Origin: Elusimicrobiota bacterium
GTDB taxonomy: Bacteria > Elusimicrobiota > Elusimicrobia > UBA1565
Length of the DNA stretch: 64,000 nt
Assembly: GCA_043827405.1 (NCBI GenBank)
Contig: JBDRPD010000108.1
Location: 57,617-121,616, forward strand
Direction: 5' to 3'
A program made the translations under genes and the position numbers. The notes beneath the pieces were generated by a model. That model did no database searches. It saw nothing but the letters and a program-made list of their open reading frames with translations, and was not told where the DNA came from. The stretch's first letter is position 1; every line of letters begins with the position of its first letter. Of this stretch, positions 45,292-54,025 are shown one piece after another.

Positions 45292-46995
45292 TCAGAGCGG
45301 CTTAAAAACGTTCTCTTCGGCTTCGACCTGGATGATGCGGAATTCCACCCGCATATTGTCGAGCCATTGCTGCTCCGTTTTCGGCGCGCAGGGCTCGCCG
45401 CCGCACATCCCGCTGCGCGGCTTGCTGATGCCGTGGCCGACGACCGCGAACTGGGAGCGGTCCAGGCTGATGCCTTTCTTGCCCGCATAGCCCATCAAGC
45501 TGTCGCGCACCGCATTGGCGCGCGACAGGCTGAGATTGCTGGCCGCCTGGCGTACGCGCTTGAGCACGACATCGGGGCTGTTCTCCTTCTTTTTGCGCAG
45601 ATAGCCGAGCGGGTCGGAATGCCCCTCCACCGTCAGGATGGCGCCGCCGTAGGTGGCGGCCAGGTTGATGGCCTTGTTAAACTCCTTCTCGTAAAGGCTG
45701 GACGGAAAATCCGCCTGATTCGCCTTAAAGAAAACCTCGAAGGAAAACAGGCCGCTCTCGCCCAGGGTCCCCTGCTTCTGCCGGCGGGATACGACCTGAG
45801 CCACCTGCGACTCATTGAAGCGTTGGACCTCGACCTTCTGCGTATCGGCGAGCCCGGTCTTCATGCCGTTGTAGTCCCAACTGCTCTTGGCGATCGACTG
45901 GCGCGAACCGAGCAGTCCCAGCTGCAGGAAGCCGGCCTGGATCTCGTCGTTGAGTTTGCTGAAGTTCCGCGGATAGGACGCCGCGGTGAAAAAGTTGAGG
46001 TTCCCGACATAGCCGGCGAACTCGGCGTCGGCGTAGAGCCCTTCGGCGTCCTTGGTCGCCTGCGGGCTGTCGAGCAGAATCTGCCCGGCGGCGGCCAGCA
46101 GCTTCTTGTAATCCGCGCCGCGGGAGCGCTGCTCCTTGAATAGTTTCTTGGTTTCCTCCTGCGCCTTGAACAGGCCCTTAACGAACATCTCGACCTGGCC
46201 GCGGTTCTGTTTATAGTAGTCGGACCGTACGGCGTAGACGTCGGCGATGATGCGGTTGGCCGATTTGGTAGTCAGCAGGATGCGGGCGCCCTTCACCGAG
46301 TCCTCCGCGCCGGTGCCGACGGTGCCTCCCGAGGTAAGGGCCAGCGCGTCGGGTACGATCACCATGGCGGCGTGCACGTCGCCCTGAGCGAAGGCCGCGC
46401 CCGGCGTCTTGTCGGTGCCGGTCAGGTCCGTGACCCACTTGAGCCGCACATCCGAGAGCGAAAGGCCGGCGTCGGAGAGCACCTTGGCCAGATAGTCGAC
46501 ATGGGGGCCGTAGGCCTGGATCGCGACGGTCTTTCCCTTAAGGTCCTTGGGCGAGCGGATGCCGCTCTTGACCACCATGGCGTCGCCGCCCGCCGACCAG
46601 GTCAACTGGTAGATGACCACCGGTTTGGTGCGGGGATCGCGGTTGGCGATCTCGGAGGCCATGGCGATCATACCCGCCGTCCCGCGCAGATATGGAGAAT
46701 CGCAGCGCAGGTAGGACTCCACCTGCCTGGCGAACACATCCTCGCGCGCCAGCTTGAACATGAGCCCCTGCTTGCCGAAGATGCTGCCGGCGGCGGTCAG
46801 CGCAGCGTTGCCGTTGGCGAAGATGGTCGGGATATCGCCGCCCCAGGTGATCAGCGGCACCTGCACCGTTCCCCCCTGCCGGCAGTCGCGCACGGAAGCG
46901 CTCACCACCTGGGTCAAAGGCTTGGATTCCACGGCCGCCGCGGCGGGCGCGAAAACCAGCGCCGCGAGCGAGAAAAACGCCAAGAATTTATTCAC
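45292..46995 (-). CDS. Exported NMT1/SsuA-like SBP fused to OmpA-like domain
   Basis: Signal peptide (GTG start, GGAGG SD); ITWGGD, WSAGGDAMVV; C-terminal FFKANQ, EGHSD, NLSLSRANAV, NMRVEFRI. Confidence 0.85.
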   Translation of the reverse strand: MNKFLAFFSLAALVFAPAAAAVESKPLTQVVSASVRDCRQGGTVQVPLITWGGDIPTIFANGNAALTAAGSIFGKQGLMFKLAREDVFARQVESYLRCDSPYLRGTAGMIAMASEIANRDPRTKPVVIYQLTWSAGGDAMVVKSGIRSPKDLKGKTVAIQAYGPHVDYLAKVLSDAGLSLSDVRLKWVTDLTGTDKTPGAAFAQGDVHAAMVIVPDALALTSGGTVGTGAEDSVKGARILLTTKSANRIIADVYAVRSDYYKQNRGQVEMFVKGLFKAQEETKKLFKEQRSRGADYKKLLAAAGQILLDSPQATKDAEGLYADAEFAGYVGNLNFFTAASYPRNFSKLNDEIQAGFLQLGLLGSRQSIAKSSWDYNGMKTGLADTQKVEVQRFNESQVAQVVSRRQKQGTLGESGLFSFEVFFKANQADFPSSLYEKEFNKAINLAATYGGAILTVEGHSDPLGYLRKKKENSPDVVLKRVRQAASNLSLSRANAVRDSLMGYAGKKGISLDRSQFAVVGHGISKPRSGMCGGEPCAPKTEQQWLDNMRVEFRIIQVEAEENVFKPL

Positions 46996-47082
46996 TTGTC
47001 GGACCTCCGGGGCACGCCGTATGGGCGCAAAAACACACTTGTGGATGTTATCAAATTTGCCCAAAGGGCAAGGAGGATGCGG

Positions 47083-48129
47083 CTACAGCGTGCACATGTC
47101 GACGTTGTCGAAGTTGCGGCCGTAGAACTGCATGTACTGGACCTTGCGGTTAAGCGCCTCGATGACGTAGCGGCAGAAGTTTATCTTGGTGAATTTCTGC
47201 GCGCTGCCCAGGCCGCCGGGGCTGAACACGTTGATCTCCATGAGCTTGTCGCCGACCACATCCAGCCCCACCAGGAACATGCCGTCCTGAACCAGCTTGG
47301 GACGAACGATCTCGGCGATGCGCAAGGCGGCGTCGCCGACCTGGGCTTCCGCCAAGGTGCCGCCGGCGTGGATGTTGGAGCGCATATCGCCGCCGGAGCG
47401 TACGCGGCGGAAGGCGGCGTACTTGCCCTTGATCCGCAGCGGCCGGCCGTTCATCACGAATAGGCGCGTATCCCCCTCCGCCGCCTGGGGAAGATACTCC
47501 TGGGCGATCACGTAGCCGTCGCGGCTGACGGCGTCGATCATCTGGTTGATATTGGGCACGTCGTCGGGGCGGACCAGGAACACGCTGGCTCCCCCCGCGC
47601 CCTGCAGCGGCTTGAGCACGACATTGCCGCCTTGATCCTTGGCGAAGTTCTTGATCTCGGCATGATCGCGTGTGATCAAGGTGCGGGGGCGGACCTCCTC
47701 GGGGAAGAGCTGAAAATACATCTTGCTCGCCGCCTTGGCCAGGCCGTTGGGATCATTAACCACAATCACGCCCCGCCGCATCGCCAGGCGCCCGAACTCG
47801 GCGGCGATACTCGCCGCCCAGGGGCGCTGGATCATATCATCGGACGGCACATTGCGCAGCATCAGCACGTCGAGATCGTCCACCGTGATCCGCCGCTGGA
47901 CCGCCGACCGGCCGCGCAGGTCGTTGAGGTAGCTCTCGGAGGTCTTGTAGCGGGTCCGCTGGACGGACCGCGCGCGCGCCCGAATGTGTTCGTCCGGATC
48001 ATAGGCGAGGTCGCCCACTCCCATCACCCAGGTCTCATGTCCCTGGTTGACTGCTTCCGCGCCCAGGCGCATGGTCGTATAGCCGGGCCCCTCGGTCTTG
48101 ATATCGTTGACGACGAAGCCGATTTTCAT
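47083..48129 (-). CDS. GshB-like ATP-grasp ligase
   Basis: LMLRN.P, VVNDPNGL, VLKPLQGAGG, IAQEYLP, GDTRLF, RSNIHAGG, GLDVVGDKLMEINVFSPGG. Confidence 0.88.
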   Translation of the reverse strand: MKIGFVVNDIKTEGPGYTTMRLGAEAVNQGHETWVMGVGDLAYDPDEHIRARARSVQRTRYKTSESYLNDLRGRSAVQRRITVDDLDVLMLRNVPSDDMIQRPWAASIAAEFGRLAMRRGVIVVNDPNGLAKAASKMYFQLFPEEVRPRTLITRDHAEIKNFAKDQGGNVVLKPLQGAGGASVFLVRPDDVPNINQMIDAVSRDGYVIAQEYLPQAAEGDTRLFVMNGRPLRIKGKYAAFRRVRSGGDMRSNIHAGGTLAEAQVGDAALRIAEIVRPKLVQDGMFLVGLDVVGDKLMEINVFSPGGLGSAQKFTKINFCRYVIEALNRKVQYMQFYGRNFDNVDMCTL

Positions 48130-48131
48130 GG

Positions 48132-50048
48132 TTATCTCCCAACGACTAAATCCAACGGTTCGACGCCCGCGCGCAGCCGTTCCAGCCGCGCTTGGGCATC
48201 CGGTAAAGAAAGGTAGCTGGGCAAGAGAGGCGGACGGCGCAGCACCTTGCGCCAGCGGAGCTCCTTAATCACCGGGACATGCGCCATGGCGATCTTGCCG
48301 AACAGCAGAGGCTCCATCTCGCCGCCGCGCCCGAAGTACTCGAGCAGCTCGCACAGCCCGCGCAGGTATACCGCATCCTTGCTCAGGCCGCCGCCGCGAA
48401 ACGCCCGCATCACCACCTGGAAGGCGGCATGCTGGGGGATGCCGCAGTCGCGGACCAACTCGCGGAAGGTCTCGACAAACTCCGCGCCGCTCATCATCCG
48501 GTGCACCGCCAGCACGCGCGCGGCCAGAGTCCGCAGGCGCGAGCCGCTCATGCCGCCGGTCAGATACTCCGCCAGCACGGCCAGGCCCTCCTGCAGTGCG
48601 TCGTAGCCGGCCAGGCCGACCGACAGCTGACGGAGCTTCTGCGCGCGGCCGTTGAAGTAGGTGACCAGATGCGTGCCCACTTCATGCTGCACGATACCCT
48701 GCACCCGTGACGCCGGGATCAGGGTCGAGCGGCCGATCAGCAGCGTGCGGCCCGAAACGACCAGGCCGACGACGTCGTCGCGGATCTCCACCGCCGCGTT
48801 CATCCGCGGATAGCGGGCGCGGCAGCGTTCGATCTCCTCCACGGCCAGCCGCGCGAAGCCGCCGGCATCGATCAGCTCCTCACGCCTGTTATGCCGGCCG
48901 CGCGGAGACAGGCGGTCAAGCAGCTGCCGGGCGCGCTCCAGCAGGCGCGCATCGACTTCCCCGTAGAGCTGGGCGCTTTCATGGCGAAAGCGCGCGGTAT
49001 TGCGCTCCTGCAGCATGGTTATCTTGCGGTCCAGCTCGACGAGCTTCTCCCGGAAAATCTGGCCGAGCGCGGAGTCCTCGACGCGCTCGACCGGCGCCTG
49101 GTACAGCCGGCGCTTGAGCAGGATGGGCTCGGCGGGTAAAGGACGGTACTGGAAGATCGGGTTCCGCTGATAACGTCGGCGGCGAAACATCCGCCACGCC
49201 TGCTCGGAGTTAACGGGGGTCAGCTGCAGCAGGAAATCGAAACTCTCCGAGACCTCGGTAAGAATCCGATCCGCCTCCCAAACAGCGCTGACCACGGCCC
49301 GGCGCCCCAGGGCGTGAAAATGCGGCGGGCGCTGGGTGGTATGCTTCTTCGCGAACTCGAAAAATATCCGCAGCAGCGCCCGGTTTACGGAGCCGCGCAG
49401 GCGCCGCAGCAGCGTGGGGAAGATTTCGCCGCTGACCGGATCGCGGTAAATGGGAGAGACTTCCAGCCCATAGTACCGGCAGTCGATCTCGCTTGCCGCC
49501 GCATGCGTCATCAGCGGGACGATGTCCCGCGGTCCAGGACGGCCGCTGGAATCGACTTTCACCCGCGCCTTTCTTTTGCCGAGGGATATCCGGCCCAGCG
49601 CTTCGGCGAACTCCTCGGTCAATGGGTCGTGCAGCCGCCCTTTCGGCACGACCAGGCGAAAGTCGGGCACCGCGAAGGCGGTGGTGACGGGGCCCTCTGT
49701 TTCCGGCGCCTTCCCGGACCATAACTCCAGGATCAAGAAGGCGCCGAAGTGCTTGTTCATGATCCTCACTACGGCACGGACCAGATCGGCCAGCCCGGCG
49801 CGCAGGCGGCGCTCGCCCGAGCAGATCATATAAGACGCTTCACCGGTGGCCAGCCGCTCGGTTCCCGCGTCGGGACGCCGCGTTGGACGCCGGTAGAGGC
49901 AAAGGAAGGGCAGTTGGCGGTCGATATGGATGCGGCCCCAGAGCGGCAGGAAGCGGCGAACGTGCTGGTTCTGCTCCAGCCGGGCGCTAATATCCCGAAT
50001 AAAACGGTCGGTAATGCCGGCGCGGCGCGGAGAGCGGCGTTTTTTCAT
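48132..50048 (-). CDS. DUF1704 / QEGLA-motif (MATCAP-like) zinc carboxypeptidase with N-terminal extension
   Basis: QHEVGTH (HExxxH), LQEGLAVLAE, RGGGLSKDAVYLRG, GKI. Confidence 0.85.
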   Translation of the reverse strand: MKKRRSPRRAGITDRFIRDISARLEQNQHVRRFLPLWGRIHIDRQLPFLCLYRRPTRRPDAGTERLATGEASYMICSGERRLRAGLADLVRAVVRIMNKHFGAFLILELWSGKAPETEGPVTTAFAVPDFRLVVPKGRLHDPLTEEFAEALGRISLGKRKARVKVDSSGRPGPRDIVPLMTHAAASEIDCRYYGLEVSPIYRDPVSGEIFPTLLRRLRGSVNRALLRIFFEFAKKHTTQRPPHFHALGRRAVVSAVWEADRILTEVSESFDFLLQLTPVNSEQAWRMFRRRRYQRNPIFQYRPLPAEPILLKRRLYQAPVERVEDSALGQIFREKLVELDRKITMLQERNTARFRHESAQLYGEVDARLLERARQLLDRLSPRGRHNRREELIDAGGFARLAVEEIERCRARYPRMNAAVEIRDDVVGLVVSGRTLLIGRSTLIPASRVQGIVQHEVGTHLVTYFNGRAQKLRQLSVGLAGYDALQEGLAVLAEYLTGGMSGSRLRTLAARVLAVHRMMSGAEFVETFRELVRDCGIPQHAAFQVVMRAFRGGGLSKDAVYLRGLCELLEYFGRGGEMEPLLFGKIAMAHVPVIKELRWRKVLRRPPLLPSYLSLPDAQARLERLRAGVEPLDLVVGR

Positions 50049-50827
50049 GAGCGGCGGAGTTCTGTGAGCAGGCCGGGAACGGCGGCGCGCAAGGCTTTTC
50101 CGACAGCGGCTATCATACTTTTATCCGGGATTCCCGTCCATTCGTCCATAAAGAACTTCTTAAACTCGACCGACAGAACGCATATCGAGCGCGCGAAGTT
50201 TTCATGGGTCCACCGCGCCAGATGTCCACCCTGGAATTTGACATTTTCGCGGACATCGAGCCGGCCGCCGGGAAAAGCGAAGGCCGCCATATCGCCCATA
50301 AAGCGGTCCACCAACGGCGACCAGCGCTCACGGACCATGGTCCCCGTTCCGACGTTGACCTGCGGGTTGCCCGCGGGGTCGGCCGGCGGAGCGTCCGGAC
50401 CGCCGCGCCGGTGATTGTAGCTGTGCAAATCGAGCACGACCAGACGTTTATGGCGCCGCAGCTTACGCGTATACAGTGCGCGCAGCATGGCGTAAAAGCC
50501 GTCGTATTCGGCCAATGAGCCGGCGGCCGCGCTTTGCGGCAAGGGACATCTCCACACCCGCAACCCCCAGGCGTCCTGCGGCCCGCGGTATACGGCATTT
50601 TCGCGCGGCCGGTTGAGGTCCACTTCGAAGCGCGAACGCAGCGCGACGATCCTCGCCGGCGCGGCCGTCGTCCAGCGGCCGGTAAAGGGATCCTCCTCGC
50701 GGAGCCGGTCGCCTTCCCCCAGCGCCAGCCGCTGCGCGATCTCCGGGCGGACCGCATGGCCGTCATGAATAGCGGTCGCGACGACGGGACCGGGCCCGGA
50801 AACCAACCGCCAAATCACATCAGCCAT
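50045..50827 (-). CDS. N-formylglutamate amidohydrolase family protein
   Basis: TAIHDGH, RLREEDPFT, SRFEVDLNRP, DLHSYNHRR, ENVKFQGG, VEFKKFFMDEWTG. Confidence 0.88.
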   Translation of the reverse strand: MADVIWRLVSGPGPVVATAIHDGHAVRPEIAQRLALGEGDRLREEDPFTGRWTTAAPARIVALRSRFEVDLNRPRENAVYRGPQDAWGLRVWRCPLPQSAAAGSLAEYDGFYAMLRALYTRKLRRHKRLVVLDLHSYNHRRGGPDAPPADPAGNPQVNVGTGTMVRERWSPLVDRFMGDMAAFAFPGGRLDVRENVKFQGGHLARWTHENFARSICVLSVEFKKFFMDEWTGIPDKSMIAAVGKALRAAVPGLLTELRRS

Positions 50828-50836
50828 AACACATCA

Positions 50837-50864
50837 TACTATGCAAATAAGCGCCCAGAGTTCC
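50837..50864 (-). promoter_or_regulatory. ECF promoter variant
   Basis: GGAACTC-N14-CATAGTA, 9 nt upstream of ATG 50827. Confidence 0.6.
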
Positions 50865-50935
50865 CGCGGGCGAAAGCAGGCCGGCCGACGGACCATCCCG
50901 CCGGCCGGCCCCTGTCATGAGGAGAGAAGATGCAC

Positions 50936-51610
50936 TTATAAATCGTCCGTCTCCTCGAAGTCCTTTTCAACCGGCGTCTGGAACTCCTCTTCTCCGCCGA
51001 TCGGAGCGTCTTCCTCCTCCGGCGCGGCGACCTCCGACTCTCCCTCGTCATGCGCCCCCACCCGGATCCGCCGAAACTCCTTGGTGTAGGAGAACCGCGC
51101 CATGCCGCCGTAGCTGTAGATCACTTCGTCGGTGATCTCCCATGCGCCCTTGGTCTGGGTCAGCGTGAAGTCGGCCAGAACGTCCTCATCCTTCTCGCCG
51201 AACCCCGGATCGCCCCGGGAGATGAACGCCGCCCGCACGATATAGGTCGCATCGTGCACCTTCATGGGATCCTCCGCCGCGAACTTCGAGAACATCAGCG
51301 GCATCGTCTCCTCCGACTCATCATCGTAGAATGGATAGAGCCCGCCGCCCGACTTGGCCTGCGTCCGCACATGCTTATCCACCGCGTCCTGCAGGGCCTT
51401 CTTGAGCGCGGCGTCGAACTTCACCGCGACCGGCGCCTTGGGTGTTTCCTTCACCGCGGCCGGCGCCTTGGGCATTTCTTTCTCCACGACCGGCGCCTTG
51501 GGCGTCTCCTTTTCCGCGGCCGCGGCCGCCGCCGCCAAACCCAACGCCAAAGCCATACTCAAAGACATCACCTTATTCATCCTCATAGTCTGAATTCTCC
51601 TCTCCATCAT
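50936..51610 (-). CDS. Secreted protein with KETPKAP repeats and acidic tail
   Basis: Signal peptide; three 30-bp tandem repeats at 51421-51510; C-terminal EEEDAPIGGEEEF...DDL; true start may be 51586. Confidence 0.75.
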   Translation of the reverse strand: MMERRIQTMRMNKVMSLSMALALGLAAAAAAAEKETPKAPVVEKEMPKAPAAVKETPKAPVAVKFDAALKKALQDAVDKHVRTQAKSGGGLYPFYDDESEETMPLMFSKFAAEDPMKVHDATYIVRAAFISRGDPGFGEKDEDVLADFTLTQTKGAWEITDEVIYSYGGMARFSYTKEFRRIRVGAHDEGESEVAAPEEEDAPIGGEEEFQTPVEKDFEETDDL

Positions 51611-51624
51611 TTTGCCGCCACCGG

Positions 51625-51652
51625 GACTACGCGGAGTGCGGGGAAAAGTTCC
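51625..51652 (-). promoter_or_regulatory. ECF promoter
   Basis: GGAACTT-N14-CGTAGTC. Confidence 0.8.
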
Positions 51653-51666
51653 CGCTTTTTCTCCTC

Positions 51667-52050
51667 TCAGGCCGCGCTGTAATCCGCCAAAATCTCCCGC
51701 ACCTTCTCGCGCAAGCGCTTCGCGTTGAAGGGCTTGGCCAGCCAGCCGTTGGCGCCGGCGCCGAGGCCCTTCCAGACATTCTTCTCTTCGGGGACGGCCG
51801 TCAGAAAAAGCACCGGCACGCCGCGGCCGGCCTTGGAGGACCGCAGGCGCCGGCAGGCGCTGATGCCGTCCAGCCCGGGCATGACCACATCCATGATCAC
51901 CAGATCCGGCGCGAACAAAGATACCGCCTCATCCAGGTCATCTGCCGACTCAAGAGTGGATATCTCATACCGCGTCCCCAGCGCCTCATGGACGATGCTG
52001 CGCAGATCGGGATCATCGTCGACGACCAACAGCCTTGTCTTATTCATCAT
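51667..52050 (-). CDS. Single-domain response regulator
   Basis: LVVDDD, IMDVVMPGLDG, FLTA, AKPF. Confidence 0.92.
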   Translation of the reverse strand: MMNKTRLLVVDDDPDLRSIVHEALGTRYEISTLESADDLDEAVSLFAPDLVIMDVVMPGLDGISACRRLRSSKAGRGVPVLFLTAVPEEKNVWKGLGAGANGWLAKPFNAKRLREKVREILADYSAA

Positions 52051-52066
52051 TGCACCGCCTTGACAG

Positions 52067-52132
52067 GACTACGCAGTCACCGGTCGAAAGTTCCCGCGCT
52101 CGGCGGAACTTTCTCCGGCGCGCTGCGTAGTC
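52067..52132. promoter_or_regulatory. Back-to-back divergent ECF promoters
   Basis: GGAACTT-N14-CGTAGTC on - (52094-52067) and on + (52105-52132). Confidence 0.85.
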
Positions 52133-52172
52133 CTAGCGGCATAGCGGAATCGACACCTCTGGAGGAGTTCGC

Positions 52173-52640
52173 GTGGAACGGATACCCGACCATTCGCGCC
52201 GCCGTATAAAGATACTGCTAGTCGAGGACGATCCTGCCGTGCGCGAGGCCACGGCGGAATTGCTGCGCCGCGCGGGATATACGGTGCGGACCCGCGCCGA
52301 CGGCGAGTCCGCGCGCAAAGCCGTGCTGAAGAACAAGTTTAATCTGGTTCTCTGCGACTACGAACTCCCCGGACTCAACGGCCTCGAATTCGCCGCGCAC
52401 CTGCGGAGCGTCGCGCCGGAAACGCCCTTGGTGATGGTTTCCGGCGTCGCCCCGGTCGAGGCCACCTTGGCCGCCGTATCCAGCGGCGTCGCCGGCTTTC
52501 TTTCGAAGCCCTACGAGACCGGCAACCTGCTGTGGATGATCGAGCGGGCGCTGCGCAGCGGCACGGAACGGCTCATCCCCGCTCCGCCCGCCCCTCCGCC
52601 GACCGAAGACGGCCGGAACTTTCCCGCCGAACCTGCGTAG
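52173..52640 (+). CDS. Single-domain response regulator
   Basis: LLVEDD, LCDYELPGLNG, MVSG, SKPY; GTG start with GGAGG SD. Confidence 0.9.
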   Translation: MERIPDHSRRRIKILLVEDDPAVREATAELLRRAGYTVRTRADGESARKAVLKNKFNLVLCDYELPGLNGLEFAAHLRSVAPETPLVMVSGVAPVEATLAAVSSGVAGFLSKPYETGNLLWMIERALRSGTERLIPAPPAPPPTEDGRNFPAEPA

Positions 52641-52642
52641 TC
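52615..52642 (+). promoter_or_regulatory. ECF promoter embedded in the end of the response regulator gene
   Basis: GGAACTT-N14-CGTAGTC; the TAG stop lies inside the -10 element. Confidence 0.8.
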
Positions 52643-52668
52643 CCGCCGTAGGGTTTGGGGAGGCTTTA

Positions 52669-54024
52669 ATGACGCACCTGCGCTCGCGCCTGACCGTCCA
52701 CATCGGGATCTACGCCCTGCTGCTGCTGCTCGCGGCGGCGGCGGCGACCACTTGGCGGGGACGCATACACGCCGAGCTTGCCGCGAGCTTCGACAACGAC
52801 CTCAAAGCCCTAACCCACATCTCCGAGCTGCGCCTGGCCCTGCGGCACCTCGAACATCCGAACCGCGACCTGCAGAAGACGGCGCACACGCGCGCGACGG
52901 AGAAGCTCAAGGACCTTAACGCTCTGCAAATGTCCGACCTGGAGCGCTCCCTCATGCGGGCAGTCACCAGCGACTTCGCCAGCCAATTGAAAACCGGTTA
53001 TGCGGAAGACCTCCGGCGGCTTAAGCGGCTCAACCTCAAGCAGCTCGAAACCCGCCGCCGGGCGGCCCGGCGGGCCTCCTTTGCGACTTATATTTTCATG
53101 TCTCTTGCCGTAGCGCTCTCGTCATGGGGGCTCGCGCGAAGCCTCAGCCGAACCATCATCCGTCCGATACAGGATCTCGCCCTGCGCGTCCAGAACCTCG
53201 ACTCCGACCGAGCCTGGGGAATGAAGCACGAACGCAGCGGCCTCTGGGAGATCGATACCCTATATGATGACGTGTCGGCCGCCGCCGTACGGCTCAAGGT
53301 CCAGTACGCGAAACTGGAGCACCTAAACGCCCTGCGCGGCCAGCTGGTATCGTTGGCCAGCCACGAATACGGCAATTTCATGACCGCCGTGCTCACCGGG
53401 CTAAGCCTTCTCGAGCTGGATGACCTGCCCGCCGAACGCCGCCAAAAGCTCTTCGGCATCGTCCGCTCCAACGCCCAGCTCCTGGTCCGCCTGGGCGAGG
53501 ACTTCCTAAACCTGGCGCGCGCCGACCTCGGAATCATCGAGCTGGAAAAGAGCCCGCTCGACTTCGGCCAGCTCATCCGCGGCTTCATCAGCGTGTCCGA
53601 ACTGCGCGCCGTCTCCCGCGGCATCCGTCTGCAGGTCGAGATCGAAAAGGACCTGCCCGAGGTCCGCGGCCACCGCGCGACCCTGGCCTTCGTGGTCAAC
53701 AGCCTCATCAGCAATGCGCTCAAGTACGGCAAAGACGGCGGCAGCGCACAGGTCCGCTTGCGGCGGATCGACGACGCGATCGAGTTCTCGGTGCGCGACG
53801 ACGGCGTCGGCATGGACGAGGACACCATTAAAAAAGTGCTCGCCGGCGGCTATCGCGGCAAGGATTTCCGGGCCACAACGCAGGGCTTCGGAGTGGGACT
53901 GTCGATGGCGCAGGAGATACTCGCCGCCCACGGAACACGGCTGGAAATCGAGAGCCAGCCGGGCCGCGGCTCCACACTCCGGGTGCGCCTGCCGATCCTG
54001 TCCGGCAGCACGGCGTCCGCCTGA
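52669..54024 (+). CDS. Membrane sensor histidine kinase (2 TM, HAMP, HisKA, HATPase)
   Basis: ASHEYGN H-box, SLISNALKY, DDGVGM, GFGVGL, GRGST. Confidence 0.88.
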   Translation: MTHLRSRLTVHIGIYALLLLLAAAAATTWRGRIHAELAASFDNDLKALTHISELRLALRHLEHPNRDLQKTAHTRATEKLKDLNALQMSDLERSLMRAVTSDFASQLKTGYAEDLRRLKRLNLKQLETRRRAARRASFATYIFMSLAVALSSWGLARSLSRTIIRPIQDLALRVQNLDSDRAWGMKHERSGLWEIDTLYDDVSAAAVRLKVQYAKLEHLNALRGQLVSLASHEYGNFMTAVLTGLSLLELDDLPAERRQKLFGIVRSNAQLLVRLGEDFLNLARADLGIIELEKSPLDFGQLIRGFISVSELRAVSRGIRLQVEIEKDLPEVRGHRATLAFVVNSLISNALKYGKDGGSAQVRLRRIDDAIEFSVRDDGVGMDEDTIKKVLAGGYRGKDFRATTQGFGVGLSMAQEILAAHGTRLEIESQPGRGSTLRVRLPILSGSTASA

Positions 54025-54025
54025 T

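Noticed and set aside
46996..47082. Guanidine riboswitch upstream of the SBP/ABC run
   Set aside because: No paired ACGR hairpins or ykkC core seen; only a short TTGCCC-AAA-GGGCAA hairpin.
47083..48129. Assigning the symbol gshB
   Set aside because: The fold is GshB-like, but there is no gshA in the window and the peptidase context suggests another substrate.
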